64,000 nucleotides of DNA from Eukaryota sp. TZLM1-RC. Its lineage: Eukaryota; Protista; Metamonada: BaSk clade. The notes under the pieces were generated by a model. It was not told where the DNA came from, did not search any database, and saw only the letters and a program-made list of their open reading frames with translations. Below, in pieces: positions 11,801 to 22,389 of the stretch. The stretch spans positions 2,460,550 to 2,524,549 of the forward strand of contig JAUPSS010000004.1 of assembly GCA_040285825.1 (NCBI GenBank), read 5' to 3'. Position numbers and translations under genes: made by a program. The first letter of the stretch is position 1; each line of letters begins with the position of its first letter.

Positions 11801-12105
11801 TCAGCGAAACGTTGAATGTTCTCTAATTTGATGAGAGAATTGACCCCAGTTTCAAAATCTAGTAACGGGAAAGAGCGGAGTGGGGTTTGGTGGATGTGAG
11901 GAGCTAGATACTCGTTTAACTTATCCACGGTTTTGGCAAAGTCAATCTTGCCAGATTGATCGCGTACAAGAACATTATCTGATAAACATTCTAGATGTGT
12001 AAGGACAGCGTCAAGATCCTCAACAGGTACAGAGTCACGACGGGCTCTCTTTGGAGAGAAATGACTGGCATCATTTCCTAAGTGAGAAGACTGGCGTGTT
12101 TTCAT
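8890..12105 (-). CDS. Tandem-duplicated threonine/serine dehydratase: degenerate N-terminal PALP+ACT-like unit with an EF-hand-like insert, then an intact PALP+ACT unit
   Basis: The C-half has NLQRTGSFKVRG (PLP Lys), SAGNHAQG, HPFNQPSVIEGQGT, VGGGGL, EGAG, CGSNID and an ACT domain. The N-half has HQTPL, KLENIQR and LLTGG, but FADVAVR replaces TGSFKVR. Confidence 0.85.
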   Translation of the reverse strand: MKTRQSSHLGNDASHFSPKRARRDSVPVEDLDAVLTHLECLSDNVLVRDQSGKIDFAKTVDKLNEYLAPHIHQTPLRSFPLLDFETGVNSLIKLENIQRFADVAVRRFAGILIASALEKGFNGVSPQTRFLFTPSRTPEVALYLQELVFLASHLGASSTILLPAGDVSLYILFAIDNIKIHLPEVNIVFVDIDEMHSKITEHLTMPNVVYIDGKHMKQQAIIALATIAAETFSQAKNLSKSLSSLVVPARRTNPTVTSLAACALYVKALNVDTRVVCAEILSPQNSCVFGDPFEENFLLNRTDDVQPSRVFSRWNSDARDGLLSFAEVKKVYVKLGGADDGVLDFPEECSKAQFIELLGSHRSKLIRLSKVSKYGGDILDSLSIDSLHRKGLVRSIVQVETNTDCLMGWCTSLRHVKAHVSSKGAAAIASLFHLPQTQSGDDTVTAVLLTGGTVEPYGVGIRLQKALELMGHVRTFNATIPKDSVMVEAILRILSKNSVSVHDIKFIQGVSGPQINTQQVKVTGLCTLDGKFEEALTELRQHNVVVEEQSTDTYVPPNRRFSPPKTPTKTPVDDDIADVINRVRSETQEALAKGDIGSEEVGVEDRDINDVTFDSIKEAYDRLLKQDAVEPTFVSTSRSYSRRFDTDISLIFDNLQRTGSFKVRGSANFALRHLQKHKRPDIIIACSAGNHAQGVSAIAQKLSIPAEIVVPTYAPETKLQSCIALGATITKYGESIESAMEFTKEFVRRLNKSLPNGALLIHPFNQPSVIEGQGTLIHSFFEQHPEGVDTLLVSVGGGGLISATALYAKEWARRNGRNIRIVGVQAEKVSPLKDYLSSGSIRYVPRGTATIADGCNIKLPYSNHILKTCVDEVVTVDENQITATISHVLKHTRTMTEGAGSLAFAALLFNKFKRQPGERIGIILCGSNIDLHTLQRAHNLGLRTLGKVLHCSIKITDVAGQLARVARAAMASGVDLRNVRHDRHTESSLWSECILRCELQSHSFTEQANFLKLLAEQGLEAVIDGRELVPSHDKEYKKFDDALQELKTKRRESENFDKQKFLANMKVIHKE

Positions 12106-12329
12106 ATTGAAAGAATATGAGAACTAAAGGAAATATCCAAAACTTTGGATTGAGAGGTCAAAAATTACTGAAGCCATTTGAAAGTCTCAGAAATTCTGAT
12201 GATCCTGATAGTGTTCAGAACAAACATCAAAGACAAATGTTTCCTGAAGTGTTAATTGGGATTGTTTTCTTTCCTTAGTACATTTTCCAGAAGTTTCAGA
12301 TCAAGAATTAGTGGAGTTTGCCACGGTAT

Positions 12330-12660
12330 TTGATCAGTCAAATGAGTTTTGATCTACAAACTCAATGACTGATATTCCCTCTTGATCTGAGAGTCGTTGT
12401 TGTATCAAATTTGCCCCAATTGCTATTTCATTTTTTGGTATTATTGGAAACGAAAGTCTCAATATTTTAGATGATGTAGGAAAATTTCTCAAAGAAGCTG
12501 GCCATACATTCGATTTTTTGATCTAAAAAACTCAGAGTTATATTTTGTTATGACAGCTCTTCCTCGGTATATTAACTCCATTGGGAATAACATTACGGAG
12601 TTTTATCACAAGCGAGTTGCTCTTCATGTGAATAACGAAAATCTTCCGTCATTCAAATGA
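12330..12660 (+). mobile_element. Decayed RLE retrotransposon 3' end (family E)
   Basis: IKFAPIAISFFGIIG...NNITEFYHKRVALHVNNENLPSFK*; a related copy lies on the minus strand at about 38440-38790. Confidence 0.55.
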
Positions 12661-12879
12661 TGGGGTTTGAGTAGGTAAAAGCATTAGTTAAGTTTTTTGG
12701 TTGAGTTTTTAAATGTGACTGTTCCACGAATCAATTTGGTTTCTTAACTAAGAAGTTCAAAAGTGTGTCATTTATAGCTATAATTATTATAGCATTTTAT
12801 CAGAACAATATAGTGGTGGAGAAATACTTTATAGATTTTAATAACAAATAAATATAATTTTATTCTCATAAATCAAGTA

Positions 12880-13791
12880 TTATTGACTCAACTTTGCCAG
12901 CTCAACACTAATCAACGAAGCTACTTTAGCGTTGTTTTTAACCAAAGCTATGTTACATGTCAAACTTTTACCTCCAGTTTTCTCCACAATCCTTTTCAAC
13001 ATAAATGGTGTCAAATCTTTCCCCCCAAAACCTTGCTCCTTGCATTCTTTCAATGCTTCGTCAATGATGGGCCCTATCTCTTCATTAGGAATCTCGTTCT
13101 CCTGAGGGATTGGATTGGCTAGTAGGATACCGCAGGGGGTTGTCTGCTGAGTTACATGATACAAACGGGCAGCTTCTTCAGCAGAATCAACGACTAGAGG
13201 AACTTTCAGACCACTAGAACGGCTATAAAATGAAGGGAAATCAGAAGTTTGAAATCCAACAACTGGAATTCCTTCAGTTTCAAGATACTCTAGTGTATTT
13301 GGAATATCCATGATACTTTTACATCCAGCACTGACTACCATTACTTTAGACTTTGCAAATTCCGGCAGATCTGCAGAAACATCGAGAACAGTATCATAAC
13401 CACGGGAAACACCCCCGATCCCGCCTGTGGCAAAGACTTTAATACCAGCAGCTTGCGCTAAAAGCATTGTGGTGGCAACAGTAGTTCCAGCAGAAAGGCT
13501 TTTCATAATGACAAATGGTAAATCGCGACGAGAAGCTTTAGTAACCTTGGGACCACCTTTGCCTAATGACTCTAGGGTAGGTCTATCTAGACCGATATGT
13601 ATTTTACCGTCAACAATAGCAATAGTGGCTGGTATGGAGCCGTTATCACGTACAACTTGTTCTACTTCCAATGCACATTCAATATTTTTGGGATAGGGCA
13701 TGCCATGTGTGATAATTGTTGATTCTAAAGCTACAACAGGAATACCATTATCAAGAGCATTCTGTACTTCAGGAGTGATGGCAAGGTGCAT
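12880..13791 (-). CDS. psuG: Pseudouridine-5'-phosphate glycosidase (stand-alone)
   Basis: PVVALESTIITHGMPYP, KASRRDL, GTTVATTM, FATGGIGGV, DVSADL, GKDLTPFML and NIALVKNNA: the hallmark IndA/PsuG motifs. Confidence 0.95.
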   Translation of the reverse strand: MHLAITPEVQNALDNGIPVVALESTIITHGMPYPKNIECALEVEQVVRDNGSIPATIAIVDGKIHIGLDRPTLESLGKGGPKVTKASRRDLPFVIMKSLSAGTTVATTMLLAQAAGIKVFATGGIGGVSRGYDTVLDVSADLPEFAKSKVMVVSAGCKSIMDIPNTLEYLETEGIPVVGFQTSDFPSFYSRSSGLKVPLVVDSAEEAARLYHVTQQTTPCGILLANPIPQENEIPNEEIGPIIDEALKECKEQGFGGKDLTPFMLKRIVEKTGGKSLTCNIALVKNNAKVASLISVELAKLSQ

Positions 13792-13863
13792 AAAGAATTG
13801 GAGAGGAAATATGCTATGTGGAAACTGTTTTTATCCATGCTAATAAATCTTAAATCTAACACT

Positions 13864-14049
13864 CTAAACATTCTTTCCCACACTCACTGATCGTTGCAGT
13901 ACCAGTGGTCTACAATTATCATAAATATGAGAGTACGTAATCTTGTACATGATTAGAGCACCCTTAACATCCCTATGCCAAGAGACGCCACATTCACTGT
14001 TTTGACAATGTAGCACTCCATGGCATAGAACTAGTTTGGCATCGTCTTT
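13864..14049 (-). pseudogene. Fanzor1/TnpB-like nuclease C-terminal fragment (second half of Zn finger plus RuvC-III)
   Basis: Hand translation (not in the ORF track): KDDAKLVLCHGVLHCQNSECGVSWHRDVKGALIMYKITYSHIYDNCRPLVLQRSVSVGKNV*. This fits the Fanzor1 pattern hG(l/v)LxC...C...WxRDxxxAxN...RP..L.R. Confidence 0.75.
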
Positions 14050-14052
14050 TTT

Positions 14053-14620
14053 TTAGATTGCATTTTTGTTGAAGTTCTTGAATTTTGTTTCAATATTTTC
14101 AATAGAAAAGTTATTATTGCTATTGGATATTTCTTGTACTGACACCTCGGATTGCGCAGATGGTAAATTTAATTCTTGGAATGTAAAATTGGGGAGAGAT
14201 CTAATGATTTCCTCTTCACTGTTGATTCTTTTTATATCCTCATTTTTGAAAGAGTTTTCACTGCTCTCAATCCTAAAACTGATCGAGTTCAAGTAGTTGT
14301 TTCCGTTTCCCTGAACTTCTCTGGTTGAAGTTCAAAGTTTGGTCTAGCTGCGATGTAAGAGCCAATAATCAGTTTGTCTCTTTTTTCTTTAATTTTTTGT
14401 CTTTTTCATTTAATGATTTTTCTGTTTTTTGTTCATTCTATTTTTTGTTTGTTCTATTTTTTGTTTTTTCCTTATTTTTGTTACATTTTTTGAATTTTTC
14501 GAATTTTTTTTGCTTGTCATATTGGGTCCAAAGGACTCATTTCAACAGCATATGATTGAGTTTTCTTGGTAAGGAAGTTCCTTTGTATTCGGAGTTTCTC
14601 ATACTGATACCGGTTTGGTA
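14053..14620 (-). mobile_element. Decayed N-terminal, low-complexity K/N/E/S-rich portion of a probable retroelement ORF
   Basis: Broken K/N/E/S-rich frames lying directly beside RLE element fragments; no catalytic motif seen. Confidence 0.35.
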
Positions 14621-14669
14621 TCATATTCGTTACGGTCTACTCCAGCAATGATTTCACTTTTAAACTTAT

Positions 14670-14976
14670 AACAGCTGGTTCCATTTGCTGTTTTTTTGGT
14701 AACATTGGTATAGCTGGAATTAAATTTCTCGAAAGTTTCATAAGTTCAATAAAAGAAAGAGCGGGACAAAAATTGAACTTCAATTGCTGGCATAACAGAA
14801 TTGTTTTCAGTATTCTTAAAGCAATTCCCGAAATGATAACCGAAGCACTGCTACAATTAGGAATAGAGTATGAGAATCGCGCATTGAAGAGGTTTGATGA
14901 TGTTGATGCGTGTATTGAGGATTGTCAGTTCTAGTTTTTTGTTTAGTTGTTTTGTTTGCATTTCTAAATAAAAAAA
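14670..14976 (+). mobile_element. RLE retrotransposon 3' end (family C) with A-rich tail
   Basis: QLVPFAV..GNIGIAGIKFLE..WHNRIVFSILKAIPEM...CIEDCQF*, then AATAAAAAAAA; same family as 18162-18716. Confidence 0.75.
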
Positions 14977-16465
14977 GTTCCTTGGTTGTTGGTTAGGAAA
15001 TGTGCCTCAAATTCAGAATGAATTGCAAGTTATTTTGGAAAAAATGAAAATTGAACTTGATTCAATTTCTTCTTTAGATATAGAAAAGCATATTAAATTT
15101 TTCATGCTTAAAATTTGCTACACTGGGAGAATAACCCACATTTTGAGATCTTGTGCTCCTTCCATAGCATTAGATTTTTGTCGTTCTTTTAATTCATTGA
15201 GAACAGAATTTTTTGCTGATTTATTGGATGTAGAACCAGGAATGTTGAAAAGCCATTTATTTTCTTCAGCAAATTTGGGTGGTATTGGTTTTACTAAATC
15301 TTCAATTTTGTGTCAATCAGCATTCTTGGGTGGTGGCAAAATTTTATTTATGAATTTTCTCGTAGATTTCCTGATGATTCTCATCTGTTAGTCCCCAATT
15401 GTAGTCCCTATTTGTATGAGTTATCTTGTGAACTTGAAAAATTACCGCCACAAATTTGGACCAAATGTTTTCCTCAATCAATTCAAGAAATTCCAAACCG
15501 ATCTCTATTTAATTTACAGTTTTGCTGTAAAAAGCTTCAACAAAAATTGTCAAAGATTTTTGAAAGCTTGGATTTTGATGTTAGACTTGGCTTGGCCAAG
15601 AAAAAGAATCCCGCTTTTGCAAATCTTTTACAAGATATGTGTGACAGTACTTCTTCTGCCTTAGTAACAACAATTCCACAAGTTTATGGTACTCTCTTAT
15701 CCGATTCTGCTTGGACTCTGAATATGAGATTTCGTTCCTTTATCTGGCCTGATAATTTACCTCATAATTTAATTTGTAAATGTTCTCGAGAAATTACAAC
15801 TACTCATTTGTTAAATTGTAAACATTTTATTACTTTTAGAAGCAAGGTTCATGATGCTGTAAGAGACCAGTTATATTGTATGTGTAAATCTCATAGAATT
15901 GAATCCTTCTTCGGAACCTTTGTTGTCAAATCTGTTTGATGCTGAAAATGATTTTCATAAGAATAATAGAGGTGATGTCATATTACCTGGATTAGATGGA
16001 AGCTTCATTTTATTGGATGTAATGTCTGTTGATCCTTGTAATGCCTCAAATGAAAGGCTTGTTAATTCTGAAATTCATAATCCCCTTTCAAATGCTGAAA
16101 ATTTTAAATTCAAAAAATACAATGAACCTTTGTCCAAATTGGCCAGTCTACAGCATGCAAAATACAATTTGTATCCATTTGTATTTTCCCTTTTTGGTTC
16201 ACTTGCACCAACTGCTTTACGTTTTTTGGATGATTTTGAAATGATTGTAAAGAGAAGAACTGGCAGAAATTTCAACAGATTGTTTTGGCAAAATAGAATT
16301 GTGTTCTCTATTTTTAAGGGGATGTTGAAGATGGTTTCTGATGCTTTGCTTTCTCTTGGATCTCACTATGAGAGAGTTGCATCTAGTGTTTTTGTTTTGG
16401 GAGAGATGGATTTTTTAGATGTTGATTTATAGGTTTAGAATAAAATTAAATTTTAAAAAAAAAAT
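14977..16465 (+). mobile_element. 5'-truncated RLE non-LTR retrotransposon (family A), two frameshifts
   Basis: ORFs 15002-15391, 15310-15939 and 15899-16432: LGGIGF thumb, CKC...HLLNC CCHC, RGDVIL..LLDV..KFKKY RLE, and an A tail. Nearly identical to 60856-62300 on the minus strand. Confidence 0.9.
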
Positions 16466-16739
16466 TTCTAAATAAAAACAACTTTAACTAAAAAAAACTT
16501 AAATATCCTGAAGAAATGAAATGTTCACGCTTGAATGCACTTGTAAAAAACTCATAAATGAATGTAATAGATTACCTAGATTTTTCAATCGAATTAGAGC
16601 AAGCAGATCAAGATTTCTTAGATGAAATTTTGGTTCAATGAATTTCGTCCCATTAGTTATGAGTTTATTTTTGTTAAGTGTGAAAGTTCAATAAATCAAA
16701 CCTATTTTAAGTCAATAACACAATTGTTTTTTTGAAAAT

Positions 16740-18110
16740 ATTTTTTATTCAAACAAAATAAAAATTCAACAAGAAATATGAAAACATAAAATACACAATT
16801 AAAACTCCACATCCTCAAAACCTGCCTCCCCTACATCAAAACAATTAATTGCTAAAGATTCAGAAAATTTCCCAAAAGGAGATAGTGAATCAGAAATTAG
16901 TTTTACCATTCCCTTAAAAATAGAAAATACAATCATGTTTTGCCAGTAAACACGATTGAAAATTCTTCCAGTTCTTTCCTTTACAACTACAACAAAATCC
17001 TCAAGGAAAGCCATAGCAGCCTTACCTAGAGATCCAAGCAAAGAAAAAACAAATGGACATAAATTATATTGGGCATGAGAATTTTCATTAGCCGAGGAAA
17101 CGGGTTTCGCATATTTAGCAATTTTATATTTTTCGCCTGCAAGAAGAGGATTATTTACATCCGAGTTAATGAAATGTTCGTTAGAGGATTACAAGGGTCA
17201 ATAGACATGGCGTCCAAAATAGTAAAACTACCATTTAAACCAGAAACAACTAGATCAGCTCTAGTCAGACCCATAGAAGCTCTGTTGTAACGCGTACTAT
17301 CAATATTGGGATCATCAAGAATTAATTTTGATAACAGCGGTTCTAAAAAGGAATCTACTCGATATGATTTACACATTACATAAATTTGGTCCCTGACGTT
17401 ATAATGCATTTTGCTTCTAAACGTAATAAAATGTTTACAGTTCAAAAGATGAGTAAACAAAAGAGGTTTACCACATTTACAAGTTAAATGATTGGGCAAA
17501 TTGTTTGGCCACAGAAAACAACGAAAACGCATGTTTAGAAGCCATTCATTGTTTTTTAAAAAAAGTCCATAAACAGAGGGAACTTGAGTTACTAACGCAG
17601 CAGCAGAGCTATCACGAATATCCTTTAAAAAATTACCGAAAGCGGGATTTTTAGTTTTGGCCAAGCCAAGTCTTACTTCATAATCCAAGCCTTCATATAA
17701 TTTAACCAGATGGTGCTGAAGCTTTTTCATGCAAAAACGTAAATTTGGAAGTGATCGGGTGGGAATTTCTTGAACATTTTGAGGAAAACACTGAATCCAG
17801 ATATCAATAGGCAAATTTTCTAATTCAAATTGCAGTTGATTCAAGTAAAAATTTGATTCACCATTGATCAAGTGAAAATCAAAAGGGAACCTTTGGAAAA
17901 ATTCAAAAACAAAATTTTTTCCACCTCCCAAAAATGCTGCTTTACACAGAATCGAAGATTTGGTGAATCCAATTCCACCCAAATCTGCTGAACAAAATAC
18001 ATGACTTCGAATTAAAGATTCATTTACTTCTAATATAGAAGATAAAAATTTAACTCGAAGTTTGTTAAAAGGTCTGCAAAAATTGAGAGATACCGATGGG
18101 GGAACTATTT
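16740..18110 (-). mobile_element. 5'-truncated RLE non-LTR retrotransposon (family B)
   Basis: ORFs 17155-18120 and 16799-17041: LGGIGF, CKCGK..HLLNC, RADLVV..ILDA, and the end GFEDVEF*. Same family as 63159-63860. Confidence 0.88.
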
Positions 18111-20590
18111 TTTTATACATTCAATTTTATTTTCAACGCTAACAAAACATTAAACAAAAAACTAGAACTCAATAACCTCAGTACACGCATCAACAACATC
18201 AAGTCTTTTAATCGCGCGATTTTCATACTCTATTCCTAATTGTATCAGTGCTTTGGTCAACATTTCTGAAATTGCTTTAAGAATACTAAAAACAATTCTA
18301 TTGTGCCAGAAATTGAAGTTCAATCCTTTTCCTGCTCTTTCTTTTATTAAACTTCTGAAACCTTCAAGAAATTTAATGGCAGATATTCCAATGTTACCAA
18401 AAAGAGAAACAGCAAATGGAACCAACTGATACTTGACAAGCTCAACACGTCCTAGCTGAGATAAGGGTTCATTGTACTTTTTGATTTTGCTCTTTTCAGC
18501 AAAGCAAAGTAGAGTTTCATCTCTTTTAACAAAATCAAAAGCTGAGTCTTTACAAACATCAACAGTGACAACATCAACAAGTTTAATAACACCATCAGAC
18601 GCAGGGGTAATTGAATCAGCACGGCGTTTCCCAAAAGTATTTCCATCTTCATTTTCAGATGACAACCTTCGCACAAGTGGTTCAACAAAAGCTTCAATGT
18701 GATGACTTTTGCACATAGCGTATAGTTTGTCTCTAACAGCATCGTGAACAACTGAGCGATATGTAATATTAAATTTGCAATAAATAAATGATTCAGATTA
18801 ATGAGCTGACCACAAAGACAAATCAAATCATTTGGCGCACTACATGGCCACAGAAAACACCTCATCCTGAAGGCAGTTGTCCATTGATGATCATTTAATA
18901 ATAGACCATATGCATTTGGAATCTGGGAAATAAGACAACTTGAGCTACTATCCTTGAGGTCAATTGAAAATTTTGCAAAAACGGGATTCTTTTCTTTAGC
19001 CAAGCTAAGACGAATAGTGAAATCCAAGTTTTCAAAAACTTTTAATATCTTTTTCTGCAATTTAGCATATGCAAATTTCAAGGAAATCAAACTCCTGGGT
19101 GGAATTTCTTGAATATCAGCAGGAAAGCATTTGGACCATATGTGTGGAGAGATGCATTCAATTTCACTCTGTAAAGACACTTAATAGTCACTAACACAAC
19201 ATTCTATTAAATGTTTGTTTTCAGGAAAACGTTTCAAAAATTCAAAAACGAAATTTTTGCCTCCACCGAGGAATGCGGCTTTACACAAATATTTTGATTT
19301 GTCAAAATCCAGGCCTCCCAATTCTGTGCTACAAAAAATATGACTACGTAAAAAAGAAGAATCAATATCGAGCAAATTAGCCAAAAAAATTTGTTCTTAA
19401 TTCATTACAAATTCTGCAAAATTCAAGAATTATTGATGGTGATGTTGATCGTGAAATATGAGTAATTTTCCCTGAATAACAAATTCCGAGGAAGAAAAAT
19501 TTAAGATGTTTTTCAATATTTAAATCTAAAAGAACCATCAATTCTTCTTCAAAATTATCCAAAAGAGAGGAAAGTTGATTTCGAATTTCATCAAAGTTGC
19601 CTAACTTACAACCTAAAAAACGAAATCCTGATTCAAAATAATTGATAAAAGGAACACTTTGATCATCAATAATGAGAACAGCAGGCTCTCTACCAATCAA
19701 TAAATATTTGGAAATATTTAGAGAAAGACCAATTTCATAATAGCGCTGAAGAACAATTTCAGCAATTGTTCTAAATGAATCAATTGGACCAATTATTGAT
19801 ATGTCATCCATATCAGCAGTGATATGAACATTTGGAAATTCTTGTTTTAATTCACAATTTAAAGGATGGATAACAAGGCAGAAAAAGAAAGGACCTAATG
19901 GATCACCTTGTTTGACACCAGACGATGATAATAGATTGAATTCCTCATAAACAAGAGTCGATTGCGAGCCAAAAAAATTGTAAAAGAACGACTCAGCTTC
20001 TGGAAAATGAGTTTGAAGTAAGGGCAAGATGGAAGACCTCTTCACTGCATTGAAAGCGTTTTTAAAATCTAAATTAAAAACATAATTCGAAGTATTGGAA
20101 TTAAAAAAGACATCAGAAGAAAGTGCTGCAGAAGATGCACCATGAACTGTTTTAATTCCAAATTGGAAAGGACTAAAAAAATCTTTAGCTTTTTTACCAA
20201 TCCTGCCAAACACAGCTGAAGCAAGAATACGAGACAAAGATTCACCAATTGCAATAGGCCTTATTTTTGATTCATTCTTTTTTAAAGCAATTAAGCGTGA
20301 ACTTGTCATTTCAGATGGACGCTTGGTTTTTAATGTTAAAATTTTGTTGAAAAAGATAACCAAATCATCAATACATTCAGGACATTGGTTTATCGTGGAT
20401 TTTAACATGTCAAAAGTGACCATCGATGGACCAGGCGCTTTTCCAGATGGTAAGTGTTTAATCAATTTAATTAGTTCATCATTAGTTATGGGATTTTGCT
20501 CCCAATAACTTACATTATTAGGTTTAGGGCACTTAAAATTTTCAACAGGATGGAGACTCTGTAGTTGAGCAATAGTGTTTTCATTTAGGG
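18111..20590 (-). mobile_element. RLE non-LTR retrotransposon (family C), RT to RLE, frameshifted
   Basis: GKAPGPS, IRPIAIGE, PFQFGI, LDFKNAFN, GVKQGDPLGP, ADMDD, then CLCG..HLF, RRAD..LVDV..KIKKY. Its A tail runs directly into the family B copy. Confidence 0.9.
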
Positions 20591-20790
20591 GGAACTATTG
20601 AGTAAACTATTTCATGTTTGTGAGCATCAAAAATGAACATTTGAACATGCCCTAAAAGTCCTAAATTCCACATTATCAAAAACAAGTCTGCTCAAAGGGA
20701 GGGTACAACTCTTAATGCAATAGGCGGAATTCAATGTATGAAAATGACTTCAAAATTTGAATTTTCAAAACAGTATCCTTCCAATTGCAA

Positions 20791-21393
20791 ATGTCTGCAC
20801 CTACGATATCTCACTTGCAACAGATCTCTGGGGATCTTATTCATGGTGAAACTCTTAAACTCCTTGTTCTAGCGTTTGGAGCAGAAGGAGCCAAGCAAGA
20901 AGTTCAGAATAACATTCAGTACTGCCAGACAATGAAAGGTGGAAAGCACAGCAGCATTGCACCATCAGCACCACCAGTTCTACCTGACGCAGATCTCACA
21001 CAGCCTCAACATGGGGAGGACTTAACGCAAGTAAGCCATTTATCCCTCTCACAAGCACTGGAGGTGAAGTCACATCTGGATCAATTAACAAGACGACATC
21101 AAGGAACAGAAGGTCTGGCAGTCCATCGTTTTGCCCAAAACTTGTCCAAAAAACTCCACACTTTAGTTGGCAATGATCGATCCAAATGCAAAGTTTATAA
21201 CAACAACAGTTGTAAAAGTCTCGAATTAGTCAAGAGGAATATAGACTTGGTTAGCAATGGAACCACAAGAGGGTATGATGGAATTAAAATGAGAATAGAT
21301 TCAAGTTTTAAGAAGGAGATTGTTAAGTACTGTTTGGAAGGGGGCGTTCGTTTCACGTTCAAGGAGTCTGATCTTTTTGTGTTTTGTGAATAA
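20791..21393 (+). CDS. Orphan ORF, 200 aa, unknown function
   Basis: Uninterrupted ORF, higher in GC than its flanks, followed by AATAAA repeats; no recognisable domain. Confidence 0.5.
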   Translation: MSAPTISHLQQISGDLIHGETLKLLVLAFGAEGAKQEVQNNIQYCQTMKGGKHSSIAPSAPPVLPDADLTQPQHGEDLTQVSHLSLSQALEVKSHLDQLTRRHQGTEGLAVHRFAQNLSKKLHTLVGNDRSKCKVYNNNSCKSLELVKRNIDLVSNGTTRGYDGIKMRIDSSFKKEIVKYCLEGGVRFTFKESDLFVFCE

Positions 21394-22389
21394 AATGTTT
21401 TTGAAAAATCAATAAATAAATAAATATAAGCTGAATAACTTTTGAAGCAAGCAACATTATTATTTCTCAATGCGTAATTTTGAATTAATTGAACTATTTT
21501 GCCTTAGTTGCACTTGGATCCTTATATAATGCATACAGCTCAATGTTTGTGATCATTGGAGTTTTGCTTTCCTTAACAAATTTTGTCATATTCGAAACGT
21601 TTTTCTACATTAAAGTGAATTTTTTGTTTTTCTTTCTTTCTTCTTTTCTTTCTTTTTTGTGTCATCTACTTCTACAAAAGTGCAAATAATTCAGGCCTTC
21701 ATTAAACTGAACATGTTTCATGCATTTTGGAATCATCGGAAAAAGAGGAAGCTTAGAACTATGAAGTAAATAGAGTTTAGACGGAAAACAATCTAATGTT
21801 TTTCTATTACAAAACTAACAATTTCGGATTAATGACATTGTTTATGAACAACAATAGTTGTTGAAGCATCTTATTGAACTACCTTGTCGGTATAAATTTC
21901 ATTGCAATTTCATGACTTGCTGAGTTAGGAAGTTTAACACTCTAATAAATTTTGTAAATACTTAAAGATCATTTTTAAATGCTTTAACGAGTTGCTTGCT
22001 GTTGGGTTTGAGTAATAAATATAAACGATTTTTTCTTCTTGTTTGGAAATTTGTGTGAGTAACAAGGTGTCAATCAAGTCAGCTTATGAATCCATTATTG
22101 TTTTTAGTGGCAATATTTTCGTATTTATTCATAAAATATATAATAATTACTTTATTTGAATAAGAATTTTATTTGAATTTCAATCCCACAATTCTAATGT
22201 TGATATTTTATCTATTCTTAATTTTGTTGTCCTTCAAATAATGGTAAAAATAATTGTCTCTGACTGTTCACCTAAGCAATGAATTACCTCTGCAACTGAT
22301 GATGATACAACAATCAATGAAAAATTATAAATATTGAATTTAATTTAAAAAACCGAGAATAAAGACAAAACACAAAAAAAACTAGCAAC

